A DNA stretch of 60,974 bases, the filler included, from Nemertoderma westbladi (taxonomy: Eukaryota; Animalia; Xenacoelomorpha), in the NCBI GenBank assembly GCA_032718475.1. It is 3 parts of 3 records of this genome, joined end to end, with 100 filler letters (N's around TTAATTAATTAA, not from the genome) between each part and the next. Parts side by side here need not be neighbours in the genome. Positions count along the whole stretch, not along the records: positions 1 to 19,531 come from JAUCBJ010003083.1; positions 19,632 to 47,942 come from JAUCBJ010004328.1; 1 more part is not named here. One strand, 5' to 3'. Below the pieces are notes generated by a model, which had not been told where the DNA came from, ran no database searches, and worked only from the letters and a program-made list of their open reading frames with translations. Made by a program: the position numbers and the translations under genes. Of the stretch, positions 11,360-24,396 are shown piece after piece; the stretch's first letter is position 1; every line of letters begins with the position of its first letter.

Positions 11360-12156
11360 GGCTAGAGTTCCGTATGTGCCAACATTTTCAGTTTGCTCTA
11401 AAATGTGTTTAGTTTACTAGCTACTACTTTTTAATGTTAGTATGAAGTATTCTAGGATATTTCGAAATATTTTTGTATTAAATAATGTTCTACTGTAGTA
11501 ATGTTCTATAATTTTTTGTTCTAGAACATTTTTAAAAAATTGTATTTTTTTGTTTTTTTAAACAATTTTTTTGTATAATTAACATATATCTAGTAATTTT
11601 ATGTACTCAAGTAATAATTTACAATTATAGCTAGTAATTTATATCTATAGCTATAGCCTATAGTCTATAGTTATATCTATAGCTAGCCCTAGCTAACATT
11701 TTAAAAAATGTTCTGGAATGCTATCGTTATGGTTAGTTGTTCTGTATTTAAATTTTTTTTAAATTAACAATCAGTTTAATAATTATTTTTAAAAGAACAA
11801 ATATTTTATAATATTTTTTTTTCTCGAAAATTGATAATAAAAATGATCTAGAACATTTGGTAATTGTTCTAGAACATTTAAATAAATGGTCTAGATCTCT
11901 TGTCAATAGAAAAAAGCAGGCAAAATAGCATAAACTATTTTAAAATTGAACAATTTTTTTTAATAATTTTCTTTTTAAGAGTAAGTAATTTATTTTCTCG
12001 AAAATTCATAATTAAAATGTTCTCGAACATTTTTTAAAGTCCTAGAACTCTCAATATACGTTCTAGAACATTTATCAAGAAAAAAACCTGACAAAAAAGC
12101 ATGAAAATTTGTTGAAAAAGAACAACGAAAATGTTGGCACATACGGAACTGTTCCC
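11360..12156. mobile_element. MITE, Mutator-like
   Basis: TIR core AGTTCCGTATGTGCCAACATTTTC, GG...CC ends, 9-bp TSD GAAACTAAC (11351-11359, 12157-12165), AT-rich interior with TTCTAGAA repeats. Confidence 0.8.
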
Positions 12157-12604
12157 GAAACTAACTGTTTCATATGTCATGCAATCTCATTACGATTTGT
12201 AGAAAAGTCTGGGGGGGGGGGGGGGGCAATATATTGAATAATGACAACATATTCCAGGGCATGGTGTATACACTATACAGTACAGTACCATAGTTTGATT
12301 TACTGTAAAATCGCACGTAATTTGACAATCAATGCGCGGCGAAGGGCAACTTAATTTTTTCTTAACTCAATTGTAAATTTCTGCCACATTCCTTAATTCC
12401 CGTTTAATAGTGTTTTGGTTATTCCTTCTTTTCTTTTTTACTCTGTTCCTTTAATAATGTGTATAATTTGTCACCTATTTGAAAATCGATGGCAACACTG
12501 CGTCTGCCCTTCGATTCGCAGTTTGTTTGTAAATTTGAGTAAAAAGTCAAACAACATTAACCCTTACAACAATACAGTAAGTAGTACTGTAGGCCTACAG
12601 TAAA

Positions 12605-12720
12605 TGAAACCTTTAATATGGGCTAAGGCCCTCTCACATTCTACATTGATTCTTCTCGTTTTTCTATCAACCTCCTCCAACTTATTAATTTCCCGTGAAT
12701 TTTTCATATAATGAATGCGC
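12605..12720 (-). pseudogene. Possible degenerate DDE transposase fragment (Harbinger/ISL2EU-like)
   Basis: EEVDRKTRRINVECERALAHIKGF resembles the R..VERA...K.F segment of DDE_Tnp_4 nucleases; weak. Confidence 0.25.
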
Positions 12721-13080
12721 CTGGGAAGTAGCTTATTGTTCCAGTTATTTTCCAACCATTCAACCAGTTGGGTTGCCCGGGCAATTAATGTTGAACGGCG
12801 AGTTAATAATATATAAGAGTGATCCATCCATGCAGATAACGCTAATCCCATAATATAGATTTAAATATACCAACATATCCAAACTGCGTATTCAATTACT
12901 TATGTAACTCCTAAAATAAAATAAACCCCGATTACGTAGCTATCATTATTACCAGTACCCAAAGCAGTTCAAACAGATACAGTAGTTAAAAAATATTGTG
13001 TTACTATGGTAATTCGTGATAATGATAATGAAAACCATGTTCAACAAAACGACACCTTTTATATTTTAGAAGGTAATTTC

Positions 13081-13499
13081 GTCGGTAATTAGCCAAAAGG
13101 GCATTCGATTAAAAAAATTTGTTCAGGAGAGACTAAAAACCTTGTAAGTCTTTATTGATTCAACCAAATTTATTTAATATATTTCGTTATCTGGTGAAGC
13201 TCTATATCAGTTCTATAACATCCTACTGTACTTGACATGCTATGATTGATATAAGTTGGTGGCAATGGCACTATCAATAATGCCCTTTTGCCTTTATTAA
13301 ATTTTCTTTAAGTAGTTTCTTTGCATGATTTTACACAAATGACCTTTTACACCCGAAAAATTGCCGAAAAAACGTTATACTGTATTTTTGCACAAAATCA
13401 CACCAGGCTTTAATATTTCGCCAGAAAGTTAAGGACATTGTCAGGAATCCGCATGGATAAATCCCATTTTACCAAATGCCCTTTTACCTTTTTACCGAC
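13081..13499. mobile_element. Degenerate MITE
   Basis: Imperfect TIRs GTCGGTAA-N6-AAAAGGGCATT at both ends; no clear TSD. Confidence 0.5.
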
Positions 13500-14436
13500 T
13501 ATATGGTAGTATCAATAATGCGACTGAGATGCCCTGCCCAGCTTGCATCAGTAAGGATTTTGTGAAATTTTCCAATTAAAAAATTTTCTTCAGAGTTTTC
13601 ATCGTACGATATCGCTGACTGGTTTGGGTAGGTAGGGCCTAATGTTGTTGTCATCAATAATCCGACTGATGCCCAACTGGCATCGTTGGAGGTTCTCTTA
13701 ACAGTGATCAAGTTCCAAACCGGATCATGTCTATATGCAAATGCAATACGATTTCCGGACCCCCAGGGGTGTGTTCCAGAACGTTTTTATTCACTATTAT
13801 TCCAATGGGAGCGACTCTGGTTTTAAATTATAAAGTTAGCTACAGTATAACAGTATATATCGTAACGATAAATTAAGTTTTGTAGTTAGATTCACTTAAA
13901 AAAAAATTACTCCAATAACATACCATAAACATCAATCTTAACACCTGGTTGTATCTCAGTGCTGTATAGACCTAATGTATCATTTAATAAATCTAACCAA
14001 ACCGCCAATAAATCAAAGAAGAGGGGAAAGTTCCTCCCCTTCAACCCCCCTCTTAGCTGCGCATTACCATGTCAACGCCTCAACGAAATTATTTAGCCGA
14101 TTCTAAAGGATCACAAATAAAATAATCAGCCAATGATTTTGCGAAATAAACAATAAGCAAGTTGTTTTATTGGTCTGGCTCCTTACGGTGCTTGTCCTAC
14201 AGATGCCAATACCCCCCCCCCCCCCCCCCATCCATCCAGGCAATAACAGTCATTGCTAGAGTATTGGTTATGTTGACTGGTTCATGGTTCCCATCCAGGT
14301 AATAGCAAGTAATGTACGCCAAGGAATGATCCCTACATACTTCTAGGGGGAGATGGGAGATACAAGTACAGTAGCTGGCGAGAAGGGGCATTGACCCTAT
14401 TACACCCGGGGGGGGGGGGGGGGGGGGGGGGTTAAA

Positions 14437-14980
14437 AACACCCTAATTTCAAGCAGTCACTGATTGGTCAGACAAATGACCTACCAATCATATAGCGCTT
14501 GAATTAGGTGCTTTTAATGACGATAATGATAGTGGAAGATGTGAGATGAGCTGTAACCACCCAGCCCCGACCCCCCCCCCCCCCCCCCGTGTATAAAAAT
14601 ATAGTATTTTAATACATCACATTTTTTTATATTTAACAACTGTGATTTTGGGGGCGTGGGTGTATCTACTGTAATATAATAAATGCAATAATACCATTCA
14701 TAACCGGCAATAAAAATTGCTACACTACAGCATTAGACTGTGTTATTCTGTGCGACTATTTGTTTCAGATACTGATATCATCATAGTGACTGCAGTTGTT
14801 GCAGTACTTACAAGCTACAGTCTTGCTACTACCTACTTGAAACTACTGCAGAAGTCTCGATTGCCTTTATTATTGTCATTATAACTATCTAATTCAAGCG
14901 CTATCTTACTTATACGATTTCTTGGGTGAATATTATAATATTGTAATCGTCCAATCAGAGACTGCTTGAAATTAGGATGT
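14437..14980. mobile_element. Degenerate inverted-repeat element
   Basis: ACACCCTAATTTCAAGCAGTCACTGATTGG vs CCAATCAGAGACTGCTTGAAATTAGGATGT; exact ends uncertain. Confidence 0.5.
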
Positions 14981-16285
14981 CCTAACCCACCACTTGTTGA
15001 ACCTGTTTTTTGCGCAAAAAAGGTTTTTTGGTGTTCTGGTTTCGATGGAATATATTAGAGTTGCACCAGGCATATCAAACTTGTATTTTTCTGTGCTGTG
15101 TGCAAAATTTGGTGCCAGCACGAAATTTCGAAAATCTATTCAATAGTTCAATTGATTGTGACAACTTCTTTCTCGCATTTTAGAGGTTTATGGGGGTTCT
15201 GAATTCAATAGAATAATAATAATTATCTAACTAGACATCTCTAACTTGTTTTTTTCGGAAGTGGGTGCAAAATTTGGCACCAAATTTTGAAACCCATCAA
15301 ACATATCAATTGATTGTACAGTAATCTTGTTTCTTGCGTTATACGAGTTTCTGGGGTGCTGTATTCATTGGAATAAGTAAAAATTGCGTAAGAGTTTTCA
15401 AACTTGTATTTTTCGCCGATGGGTGATAATTTTTGTGCTAGCTCCAAATTTCTGAAAATAAGCAAATTGATCAATAGATAGTATCATCTTGTTTCATGCG
15501 CTATATGGGTTTATGTGGACCCTGAATCCGATGGAATCAATAAAAACAGCACTGGACACCTCATACCTGTACGTTCTGGTGAAGGGTACGAAATTTAGTG
15601 CTAGCACCAAAATTTCCCATATTACGCCAAAAAATAATAATAGCAATGATCTGGGGCATTGTAAGCGCCCCAGAAAACCTGAAAATGGGAATTTATAGCA
15701 TCGTATAAATGAATTAAAAATATAGTGTTCAAACTGAAAAGTGCTGGTTCCTTGTTTTTTTTTTCATTTTTTGACTTAAGAGGACTACAAGAAAGCAGAT
15801 AATTTTAAATATTTTCTAATGGATTCAGCACCCCAGAAAACCAGCATTGGGAAAAGATTAGCTGAAAATTTTAACTTTCATATTTTTCATATCGTTCACT
15901 AGGTCTACTTGAAATTTTGGTGCTGAAAAATAACCATCCCAGTAAATTTCTTCGAAAATTTTTCTTATTGCTCGCCCCACAGTCCGCAATTGCAATGGGT
16001 GTATTAAATTTATCTTCCAGCAAAATACATTGAATAACTACACATTACATAAACGTCTCCAGAAAAAATATATGAGGTGCGACTGAAATGGAAATTGTCA
16101 TATCAGTGGGATTATTGATCACAATAAATTTTCTGCAAGGGAAATTAATAAAATTTCCAGTGGACGCGTGCACATTAGTTGCTATAACACGGTAATAACT
16201 AGAAGTACCGGTAGCACACAATTTGTATAATCTGATCTTCCTTCATCATCTGGCAGATGTTAAAACGCAATCTGTTAGGTAACTA

Positions 16286-17070
16286 TCCAGACAATCTGGT
16301 AGCGAATTAACCAGACAATCTGGTAGCGAGTTAACCAGACAATCTGGTAGAGAGTTAACCAGACAATCTGGTAGCGAGTTAACCAGACACTCTGGTAGCG
16401 AGTAAACCAGACAATCTGGTAGCGAGTTAACCGGACAATTTGGTAGCGAGTTAACCAGACAATCTGGGAGCGAGTTAACCAGACAATCTGGTAGCGAATT
16501 AACCAGACAATCTGGTAGCGAGTTAACCAGACAATCTGGTAGCGAGTTAACCAGACAATCTGGTAGAGAGTTAACCAGACAATCTGGTAGCGAGTTAACC
16601 AGACACTCTGGTAGCGAGTAAACCAGACAATCTGGTAGCGAGTTAACCGGACAATTTGGTAGCGAGTTAACCAGACAATCTGGGAGCGAGTTAACCAGAC
16701 AATCTGGTAGCGAATTAACCAGACAATCTGGTAGCGAGTTAACCAGACAATCTGGTAGAGAGTTAACCAGACAATCTGGTAGCGAGTTAACCAGACACTC
16801 TGGTAGCGAGTAAACCAGACAATCTGGTAGCGAGTTAACCGGACAATTTGGTAGCGAGTTAACCAGACAATCTGGGAGCGAGTTAACCAGACAATCTGGT
16901 AGCGAATTAACCAGACAATCTGGTAGCGAGTTAACCAGACAATCTGGTAGCGAGTTAACCAGACAATCTGGTAGCGAGTAAACCAGACAATCTGGTAGCG
17001 AGTTAACCAGACAATCTGGTAGCGAGTTAACCAGACAATCTGGTAGCGAGTTAACCAGACAATTTGGTAG
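16286..17070. repeat. 24-bp minisatellite with higher-order periodicity
   Basis: Unit ACCAGACAATCTGGTAGCGAGTTA (internal hairpin ACCAGA-caa-TCTGGT). The variant series (AGAGTT, ACACTC, GAGTAAA, CCGGACAATTT, CTGGGAG) recurs three times. Confidence 0.95.
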
Positions 17071-17320
17071 ATATTATTTACTTAACTGGTTTGGTTAACA
17101 TATTATTTAGTTTACTGGTTGGGTTACCAGATTATTTAGTTTACTGGTTGGGTTACCAGATTATTTAGTTAACTGGTTGGGTTTCCAGATCATTTAGGTA
17201 ACTGGTTTGGCTACAATATTGTTTATTAACACCACTCCACTATAACTCACTATTAGATGCTTTACATTTAGATATTTAGATAATTTTGTTTCTCTCTCTA
17301 GTAGATATTTAATTTAATTA

Positions 17321-18364
17321 TCAACTATATCGTTTAGTTAATTCTTTACTAGATTGCCGCTCGGGCAGTTTGGATGAGTACTCCCTTCTAAACATTGCAT
17401 AGGATAGTTGGTTTTCCTTATCCGTTGAATCTAAGAGCCAACGGACCTGTAATTTATAATTCTGCTGTTGTCGGAAGAATCCTAATTCCCCATCGTTGTA
17501 AAGAGATGCCCAGGTTGCTAAGTAACCATAGGGGAGGGTTAACAAAGCGGCTAAACCCGTCGCCGCTATAATGTTAGGAAGGGGGAACCTGATTCTGTAG
17601 ACGAACCCGATAAGGGATCCACATAGAATATAATGTGAGACGGAGACTTGGTTGCGATAGACGTGGAGGAGGTCAGGGAGGCAGCGTAGGAGGAACGGGA
17701 GGAGCGCTAGTCGCCAACCGAACCTCCACGAGTAGCGGAAAATAACGCGACTCAGGAACGTGTGCGACTCCTTAATGGCGTCGGCCTGGGAGCGAAACAT
17801 ATCCGCGCGGATTAGTTTGCGGTGCCGGTCGCGATGGGAACGAGCCAGTGGGTACGACAACATAATCCCGGAGGTTGCGCCGACTACGAGGCAAGCCAAG
17901 GAGTTAGACCAGAACGGGGCGATGGTTGCCGGCTCTACACGGTCCCATACTGTGACACCGGGCATCCCCAGGACCGCCTCTCGGACTCCCTTCCAGCCAG
18001 TCTCGACTGCCATCGTGTCGGGGTCTGGCACCTCTCGTGCGTACTCCCGCCATTGACCCGAGAGGATCCGAGGGATTCCGGATCTGCGCTCGATCTGGGA
18101 GATCCGTGGTAATTCGCGGTAGTCTTCCGTACCGGTTAGGTGGGTGTGGGATACACTGGAGACAATGGAGTCGCCCAGACTACCAAGCCAGTCCCAAAAA
18201 CCGGTTGCCCCAGATATCGGCTGATGCTGACTTACACTGTAACTAAGTTCTCTTTTAACCGGTTCTGTAAGATCATCTGTCTTTTTTATTTTAACGATTC
18301 CATCTGGTTTAGTTTCTCCAGGATTTCTCGAGATTTCCCCCACGGAAGAAAAGTTGACCCCCAT
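17321..18364 (-). CDS. TIMMDC1: TIMMDC1-like complex I assembly factor (Tim17/22/23 family), single exon
   Basis: 347-aa ORF with ETGWKGVRE, G-rich TM (LVVGATSGIML), FRSQADAIKESH...FRYSWRFGWRLA, YRNQVSVSHYILCGSLIGFVYR matching the TIMMDC1 layout; true start codon uncertain. Confidence 0.78.
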   Translation of the reverse strand: MGVNFSSVGEISRNPGETKPDGIVKIKKTDDLTEPVKRELSYSVSQHQPISGATGFWDWLGSLGDSIVSSVSHTHLTGTEDYRELPRISQIERRSGIPRILSGQWREYAREVPDPDTMAVETGWKGVREAVLGMPGVTVWDRVEPATIAPFWSNSLACLVVGATSGIMLSYPLARSHRDRHRKLIRADMFRSQADAIKESHTFLSRVIFRYSWRFGWRLALLPFLLRCLPDLLHVYRNQVSVSHYILCGSLIGFVYRIRFPLPNIIAATGLAALLTLPYGYLATWASLYNDGELGFFRQQQNYKLQVRWLLDSTDKENQLSYAMFRREYSSKLPERQSSKELTKRYS

Positions 18365-18835
18365 CCAAGTTGGAAATTATGTAGAGTTTGCTCAACATGT
18401 GTGGCGCGCATTAAGGATCCTGGCAGCCTGGCGAGGAGCAACAGGGGAATATGCAGTTTGGGGTACCCCCACGGCCATTGGATTTTTATACTGTATGAAA
18501 CTCGCTGGTTACAGTAGTCTGGTAGTGGCAGCCTCAACCCTAATTAAAACTGTCATGTAACCCTAACCTCATAATCTAAGACATTTAGGGGAATTTCTGA
18601 CATTATTGCCTGCCATAAGGCCCGGCGCGGCGCCCGAAGGGCCGTTAATGGCAATAATGTGATTCTTAATGAATAATTCTTATGGTTGAGGATGAGGCCT
18701 GACCAACTAACCCTAACCAAAATAATAAACCAAACCATCTTTACAAGAATAAATGGTTATGATAGGCCTACTGGCCTATGACAGTACAGCAGTATGACAG
18801 TGTAGCAGGGCCTACCGGTTAACTGACTGACTAAA

Positions 18836-19368
18836 CAGTCGGGGAGAAGTTATATTTTCAACTGCAGAACTGAGTTGAAATTTCAACTTTATTTTTTAAA
18901 ATTCAACTTTTTATTAAAATTCAACTTTTGGAGTAGGCCTAGAGTTTAAAATTCAACTTTTTTTTAAATTCAACTTTTGGAGTAGCTTTTGAAATACTGA
19001 AATCTGGCTGTCTGGAAATATAGAATTGGAATCCATTACTGGCATTCCATTGTATAATAATTATGACATTCAGCGGTAATTAAATACATCTTTTAAATTC
19101 CCGTAGTATTTCAGCTAATTTGCAAATGTAATCACATAAAATGTTTAAAAAAAAGTGTTCCCGACGGCTAAAGTTTTTATTCCATCGGTAATGAGGGTTA
19201 ATTTTTCGAGTTATATCCATAAAAACAATGAAAACACCCCTTCTGTCACGTCTTGGGGGCCTTCTGCGCCTCCTGCCATTTTAGAGTTGAATTTACAACT
19301 TAAAAGTTGAATTTTAAAAAAAAGTTTTAAATTTCAACTCAGTTGAAATTTGAACTTCTCCCCGACTG
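18836..19368. mobile_element. MITE with 5-bp TSD
   Basis: 16-bp TIR CAGTCGGGGAGAAGTT, subterminal TTCAACT repeats, TSD CTAAA (18831-18835, 19369-19373). Confidence 0.8.
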
Positions 19369-19531
19369 CTAAAGGCCAAAGGTGGTTTGCAAAATTGCAA
19401 CAGTACTGCAGTACAGCAGTACAAGTAAGAAAAAGTGTGGGTACCGGAAACTGCATTGAGCCAGCAACACGGTCGTGTGGCGCGCATCGAGGATCCTGGC
19501 GCACATATGGATGCATGGGATGTCATGTAGG

Positions 19532-19631
19532 NNNNNNNNNNNNNNNNNNNNNNNNNNNNNNNNNNNNNNNNNNNNTTAATTAATTAANNNNNNNNNNNNN
19601 NNNNNNNNNNNNNNNNNNNNNNNNNNNNNNN
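19532..19631. other. Assembly gap with synthetic TTAATTAATTAA linker
   Basis: 100-bp N run with a central all-frame stop linker. Confidence 0.97.
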
Positions 19632-20507
19632 GTGCACATTGATATTGGCTTGGAAGGGTAAGAAGTGCTCTACTTCATGGCCAACTATACAAAGAAATGT
19701 ATCGATTATTTGGGTTCTTATTTCGGTTATTAATTATTTAAGCGGGTAAAATTAAGCTCTTGCTGTATAAAAATAGCACAGGTCGATTCGCCGTGTCCCA
19801 TTCTCACAAAGTTTTTATTATATTCGAGTGTTTAATATAAAGATGTATGATTATTTATTGATTGAAAATAAATTTTCGTGCTGATCCAGCATGGGATAAT
19901 TACAACCCAAGATATTATAATTAACAATAACCACAAAACCAATTTGGCCTATAGAATTCAACAGAAGTGTTCTAGAATATAGTAGTGAGGGTAGTGGCCA
20001 AATATATTACATTATCGGGACCGGGATTATCACTATCGGGGTCCCGATTTTCGGGATTCGGATTGTAATTTTGAATACAATTTTCTTAAAGTTTTCAGTA
20101 GGCCTATATATTCGCTGTGTTAGTATAAAACGGGTTTTTGACAAAATTATATCACATTATTTCACACTGCTGAAATATTAGTACGATGAAATTATATTAC
20201 AATTTATTTATAAATATAGTTGATTACTGGATGGTTTACTGACATCCGTAATCCGACAATTCGAGATAGCCAATACAGTTCTGTTCTGGTACAACTAAAG
20301 TCGGATATTCAAGAAATTTACTTCACTATTTATACATCGGGATCTCGTCCCAAAAAAGTCGGGATCGGGGCCGGATAGCATTTTTCACCGGGATCCGGAT
20401 TATTCGGGATCGGGATCCAGTTTAAACACTAGCCAAACACTCGTTCACCGTGTTTGCCGTGGTGGACACCGCGGTGACCAGCACACGAAATTTGTACTGA
20501 CAAACGG

Positions 20508-23500
20508 CAACAAGGAACCTAGTATCAACCTACCGTACTGTCGGAGTGCGGAGTTGGAACCTAGTATCAACCTACCGTACTGTCGGAGTGCGCAACAAGG
20601 AACCTAGTATCAACCTACCGTACTGTCGGAGTGCGGAGTTGGAACCTAGTATCAACCTACCGTACTGTCGGAGTGCGGAGTTGGGAACCTAGTATCAACC
20701 TACCGTACTGTCGGAGTGCGGAGTTGGGAACCTAGTATCAACCTACCGTACTGTCGGAGTGCGCAACAAGGAACCTAGTATCAACCTACCGTACTGTCGG
20801 AGTGCGGAGTTGGGAACCTAGTATCAACCTACCGTACTGTCGGAGTGCGGAGTTAGGAACCTAGTATCAACCTACCGTACTGTCGGAGTACGCAACAAGG
20901 AACCTAGTATCAACCTACCGTACTGTCGGAGTGCGCAACAAGGAACCTAGTATCGACCTACCGTACTGTCGGAGTGCGCAACAAGGAACCTAGTATCAAC
21001 CTACCGTACTGTCGGAGTGCGCAACAAGGAACCTAGGTTCAACCTACCGTACTGTCGGGGTGCGCAACAAGGAACCTAGTATCAACCTACCGTACTGTCG
21101 GAGTGCGGAGTTAGGAACCTAGTATCAACCTACCGTACTGTCGGAGTGCGCAACAAGGAACCTAGTATCAACCTACCGTACTGTCGGAGTGCGCAACAAG
21201 GAACCTAGTGTCGACCTACCGTACTGTCGGAGTGCGCAACAATGAACCTAGTATCAACCTAACGTACTGTCGGAGTGCGCAACAAGGAACCTAGTATCAA
21301 CCTACCGTACTGTCGGAGTGCGCAACAAGGAACCTAGCATCAACCTACCGTACTGTCGGAGTGCGGAGTTGGGAACCTAGTATCAACCTACCGTACTGTC
21401 GGAGTGCGCAACAAGGAACCTAGTATTAACCTACCGTACTGTCGGAGTGCGGAGTTGGGAACCTAGTATCAACCTACCGTACTGTCGGAGTGCAGAGTTG
21501 GGAACCTACTGCGGAGTTGGGAACCTAGTATCAACCTACCGTACTGTCGGAGTGCGGAGTTGGGAACCTAGTATCAACCTACCGTACTGTCGGAGTGCGC
21601 AACAAGGAACCTAATATCAACCTACCGTACTGTCGGAGTGCGGAGTTGGAACCTAGTATCAACCTACCGTACTGTCGGAGTGCGCAACAAGGAACCTAGT
21701 ATCAACCTACCGTACTGTCGGAGTGCGCAACAAGGAACCTAGTATCAACCTACCGTACTGTCGGAGTGCGCAACAAGGAACCTAGTATCAACCTACCGTA
21801 CTGTCGGAGTGCGGAGTTGGGAACCTAGTATCAACCTACCGTACTGTCGGAGTGCGCAACAAGGAACCTAGTATCAACCTACCGTACTGTCGGAGTGCGC
21901 AACAAGGAACCTAGTATCGACCTACCGTACTGTCGGAGTGCGCAACAAGGAACCTAGTATCAACCTACCGTACTGTCGGAGTGCGCAACAAGGAACCTAG
22001 TATCAACCTACCGTACTGTCGGAGTGCGGAGTTGGGAACCTAGTATCAACCTACCGTACTGTCGGTGTGCGCAACAAGGAACCTATTATCAACCTACCGT
22101 ACTGTCGGAGTGCGGAGTTGGGAACCTAGTATCAACCTACCGTACTGTCGGAGTGCGGAGTTAGGAACCTAGTATCAACCTACCGTACTGTCGGAGTGCG
22201 CAACAAGGAACCTTGTATCAACCTACCGTACTGTCGGAGTGCGCAACAAGGAACCTAGTATCGACCTACCGTACTGTCGGAGTGCGCAACAAGGAACATA
22301 GTATCAACCTACCGTACTGTCGGAGGGCGAAACAAGGAACCTAGTATCAACCTACCGTACTGTCGGAGTGCGCAACAAGGAACCTAGTATCAACCTACCG
22401 TACTGTCGGAGTGCGGAGTTGGGAACCTAGTATCAACCTACCGTACTGTCGGAGTGCGCAACAAGGAACCTAGTATCAACCTACCGTACTGTCGGAGTGC
22501 GGAGTTGGGAACCTAGTATCAACCTACCGTACTGTCGGAGTGCGGAGTTGGGAACCTAGTATCAACCTACCGTACTGTCGGAGTGCGCAACAAGGAACCT
22601 AGTATCAACCTACCGTACTGTCGGAGTGCGGAGTTGGAACCTAGTATCAACCTACCGTACTGTCGGAGTGCGCAACAAGGAACCTAGTATCAACCTACCG
22701 TACTGTCGGAGTGCGCAACAAGGAACCTAGTATCAACCTACCGTACTGTCGGAGTGCGGAGTTGGAACCTAGTATCAACCTACCGTACTGTCGGAGTGCG
22801 CAACAAGGAACCTAGTATCAACCTACCGTACTGTCGGAGTGCGGAGTTGGGAACCTAGTATCAACCTACCGTACTGTCGGAGTGCGGAGTTGGGAACCTA
22901 GTATCAACCTACCGTACTGTCGGAGTGCGCAACAAGGAACCTAGTATCGACCTACCGTACTGTCGGAGTGCGCAACAAGGAACCTAGTATCAACCTACCG
23001 TACTGTCGGAGTGCGCAACAAGGAACCTAGTATCAACCTACCGTACTGTCGGAGTGCGGAGTTGGGAACCTAGTATCAACCTACCGTACTGTCGGTGTGC
23101 GCAACAAGGAACCTATTATCAACCTACCGTACTGTCGGAGTGCGGAGTTGGGAACCTAGTATCAACCTACCGTACTGTCGGAGTGCGGAGTTAGGAACCT
23201 AGTATCAACCTACCGTACTGTCGGAGTGCGCAACAAGGAACCTTGTATCAACCTACCGTACTGTCGGAGTGCGCAACAAGGAACCTAGTATCGACCTACC
23301 GTACTGTCGGAGTGCGCAACAAGGAACATAGTATCAACCTACCGTACTGTCGGAGGGCGAAACAAGGAACCTAGTATCAACCTACCGTACTGTCGGAGTG
23401 CGCAACAAGGAACCTAGTATCAACCTACCGTACTGTCGGAGTGCGCAACAAGGAACCTAGTATCAACCTACCGTACTGTCGGAGTGCGGAGTTGGGAACC

Positions 23501-24396
23501 TAGTATCAACCTACCGTACTGTCGGAGTGCGCAACAAGGAACCTAGTATCAACCTACCGTACTGTCGGAGTGCGGAGTTGGGAACCTAGTATCAACCTAC
23601 CGTACTGTCGGAGTGCGGAGTTGGGAACCTAGTATCAACCTACCGTACTGTCGGAGCGCGCAACAAGGAACCTAGTATCAACCTACCGTACTGTCGGAGT
23701 GCGGAGTTGGAACCTAGTATCAACCTACCGTACTGTCGGAGTGCGCAACAAGGAACCTAGTATCAACCTACCGTACTGTCGGAGTGCGGAGTTGGGAACC
23801 TAGTATCAACCTACCGTACTGTCGGAGTGCGGAGTTGGGAACCTAGTATCAACCTACCGTACTGTCGGAGTGCGCAACAAGGAACCTAGTATCAACCTAC
23901 CGTACTGTCGGAGTGCGGAGTTGGGAACCTAGTATCAACCTACCGTACTGTCGGAGTGCGCAACAAGGAACCTAGTATCAACCTACCGTACTGTCGGTGT
24001 GCGCAACAAGGAACCTAGTATCAACCTACCGTACTGTCGGAGTGCGGAGTTGGGAACCTAGTATCAACCTACCGTACTGTCGGAGTGCGCAACAAGGAAC
24101 CTAGTATCAACCTACCGTACTGTCGGAGTGCGGAGTTGGGAACCTAGTATCAACCTACCGTACTGTCGGAGTGCGCAACAAGGAACCTAGTATCAACCTA
24201 CCGTACTGTCGGAGTGCGCAACAAGGAGCCTAGTATCAACCTACCGTACTGTCGGAGTGCTGAGTTGGGAACCTAGTATCAACCTACCGTACTGTCGGAG
24301 TGCGGAGTTTGGAACCTAGTATCAACCTACCGTACTGTCGGAGTGCGGAGTTGGGAACCTAGTATCAACCTACCGTACTGTCGGAGTGCGGAGTTG
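20508..24396. repeat. 43-bp two-state tandem satellite (~90 units)
   Basis: Constant 37-mer GGAACCTAGTATCAACCTACCGTACTGTCGGAGTGCG plus CAACAA or GAGTT(G/A). Confidence 0.97.

Noticed and set aside
19576-19587. TTAATTAATTAA within N runs (also near 47987)
   Set aside because: Artificial scaffolding linker; adjacency across the gaps is unverified.
20508-24396. CRISPR array (constant 37-bp hairpin repeat with variable spacer)
   Set aside because: Spacers are 5-6 bp with only two main states, no cas genes, eukaryotic context.
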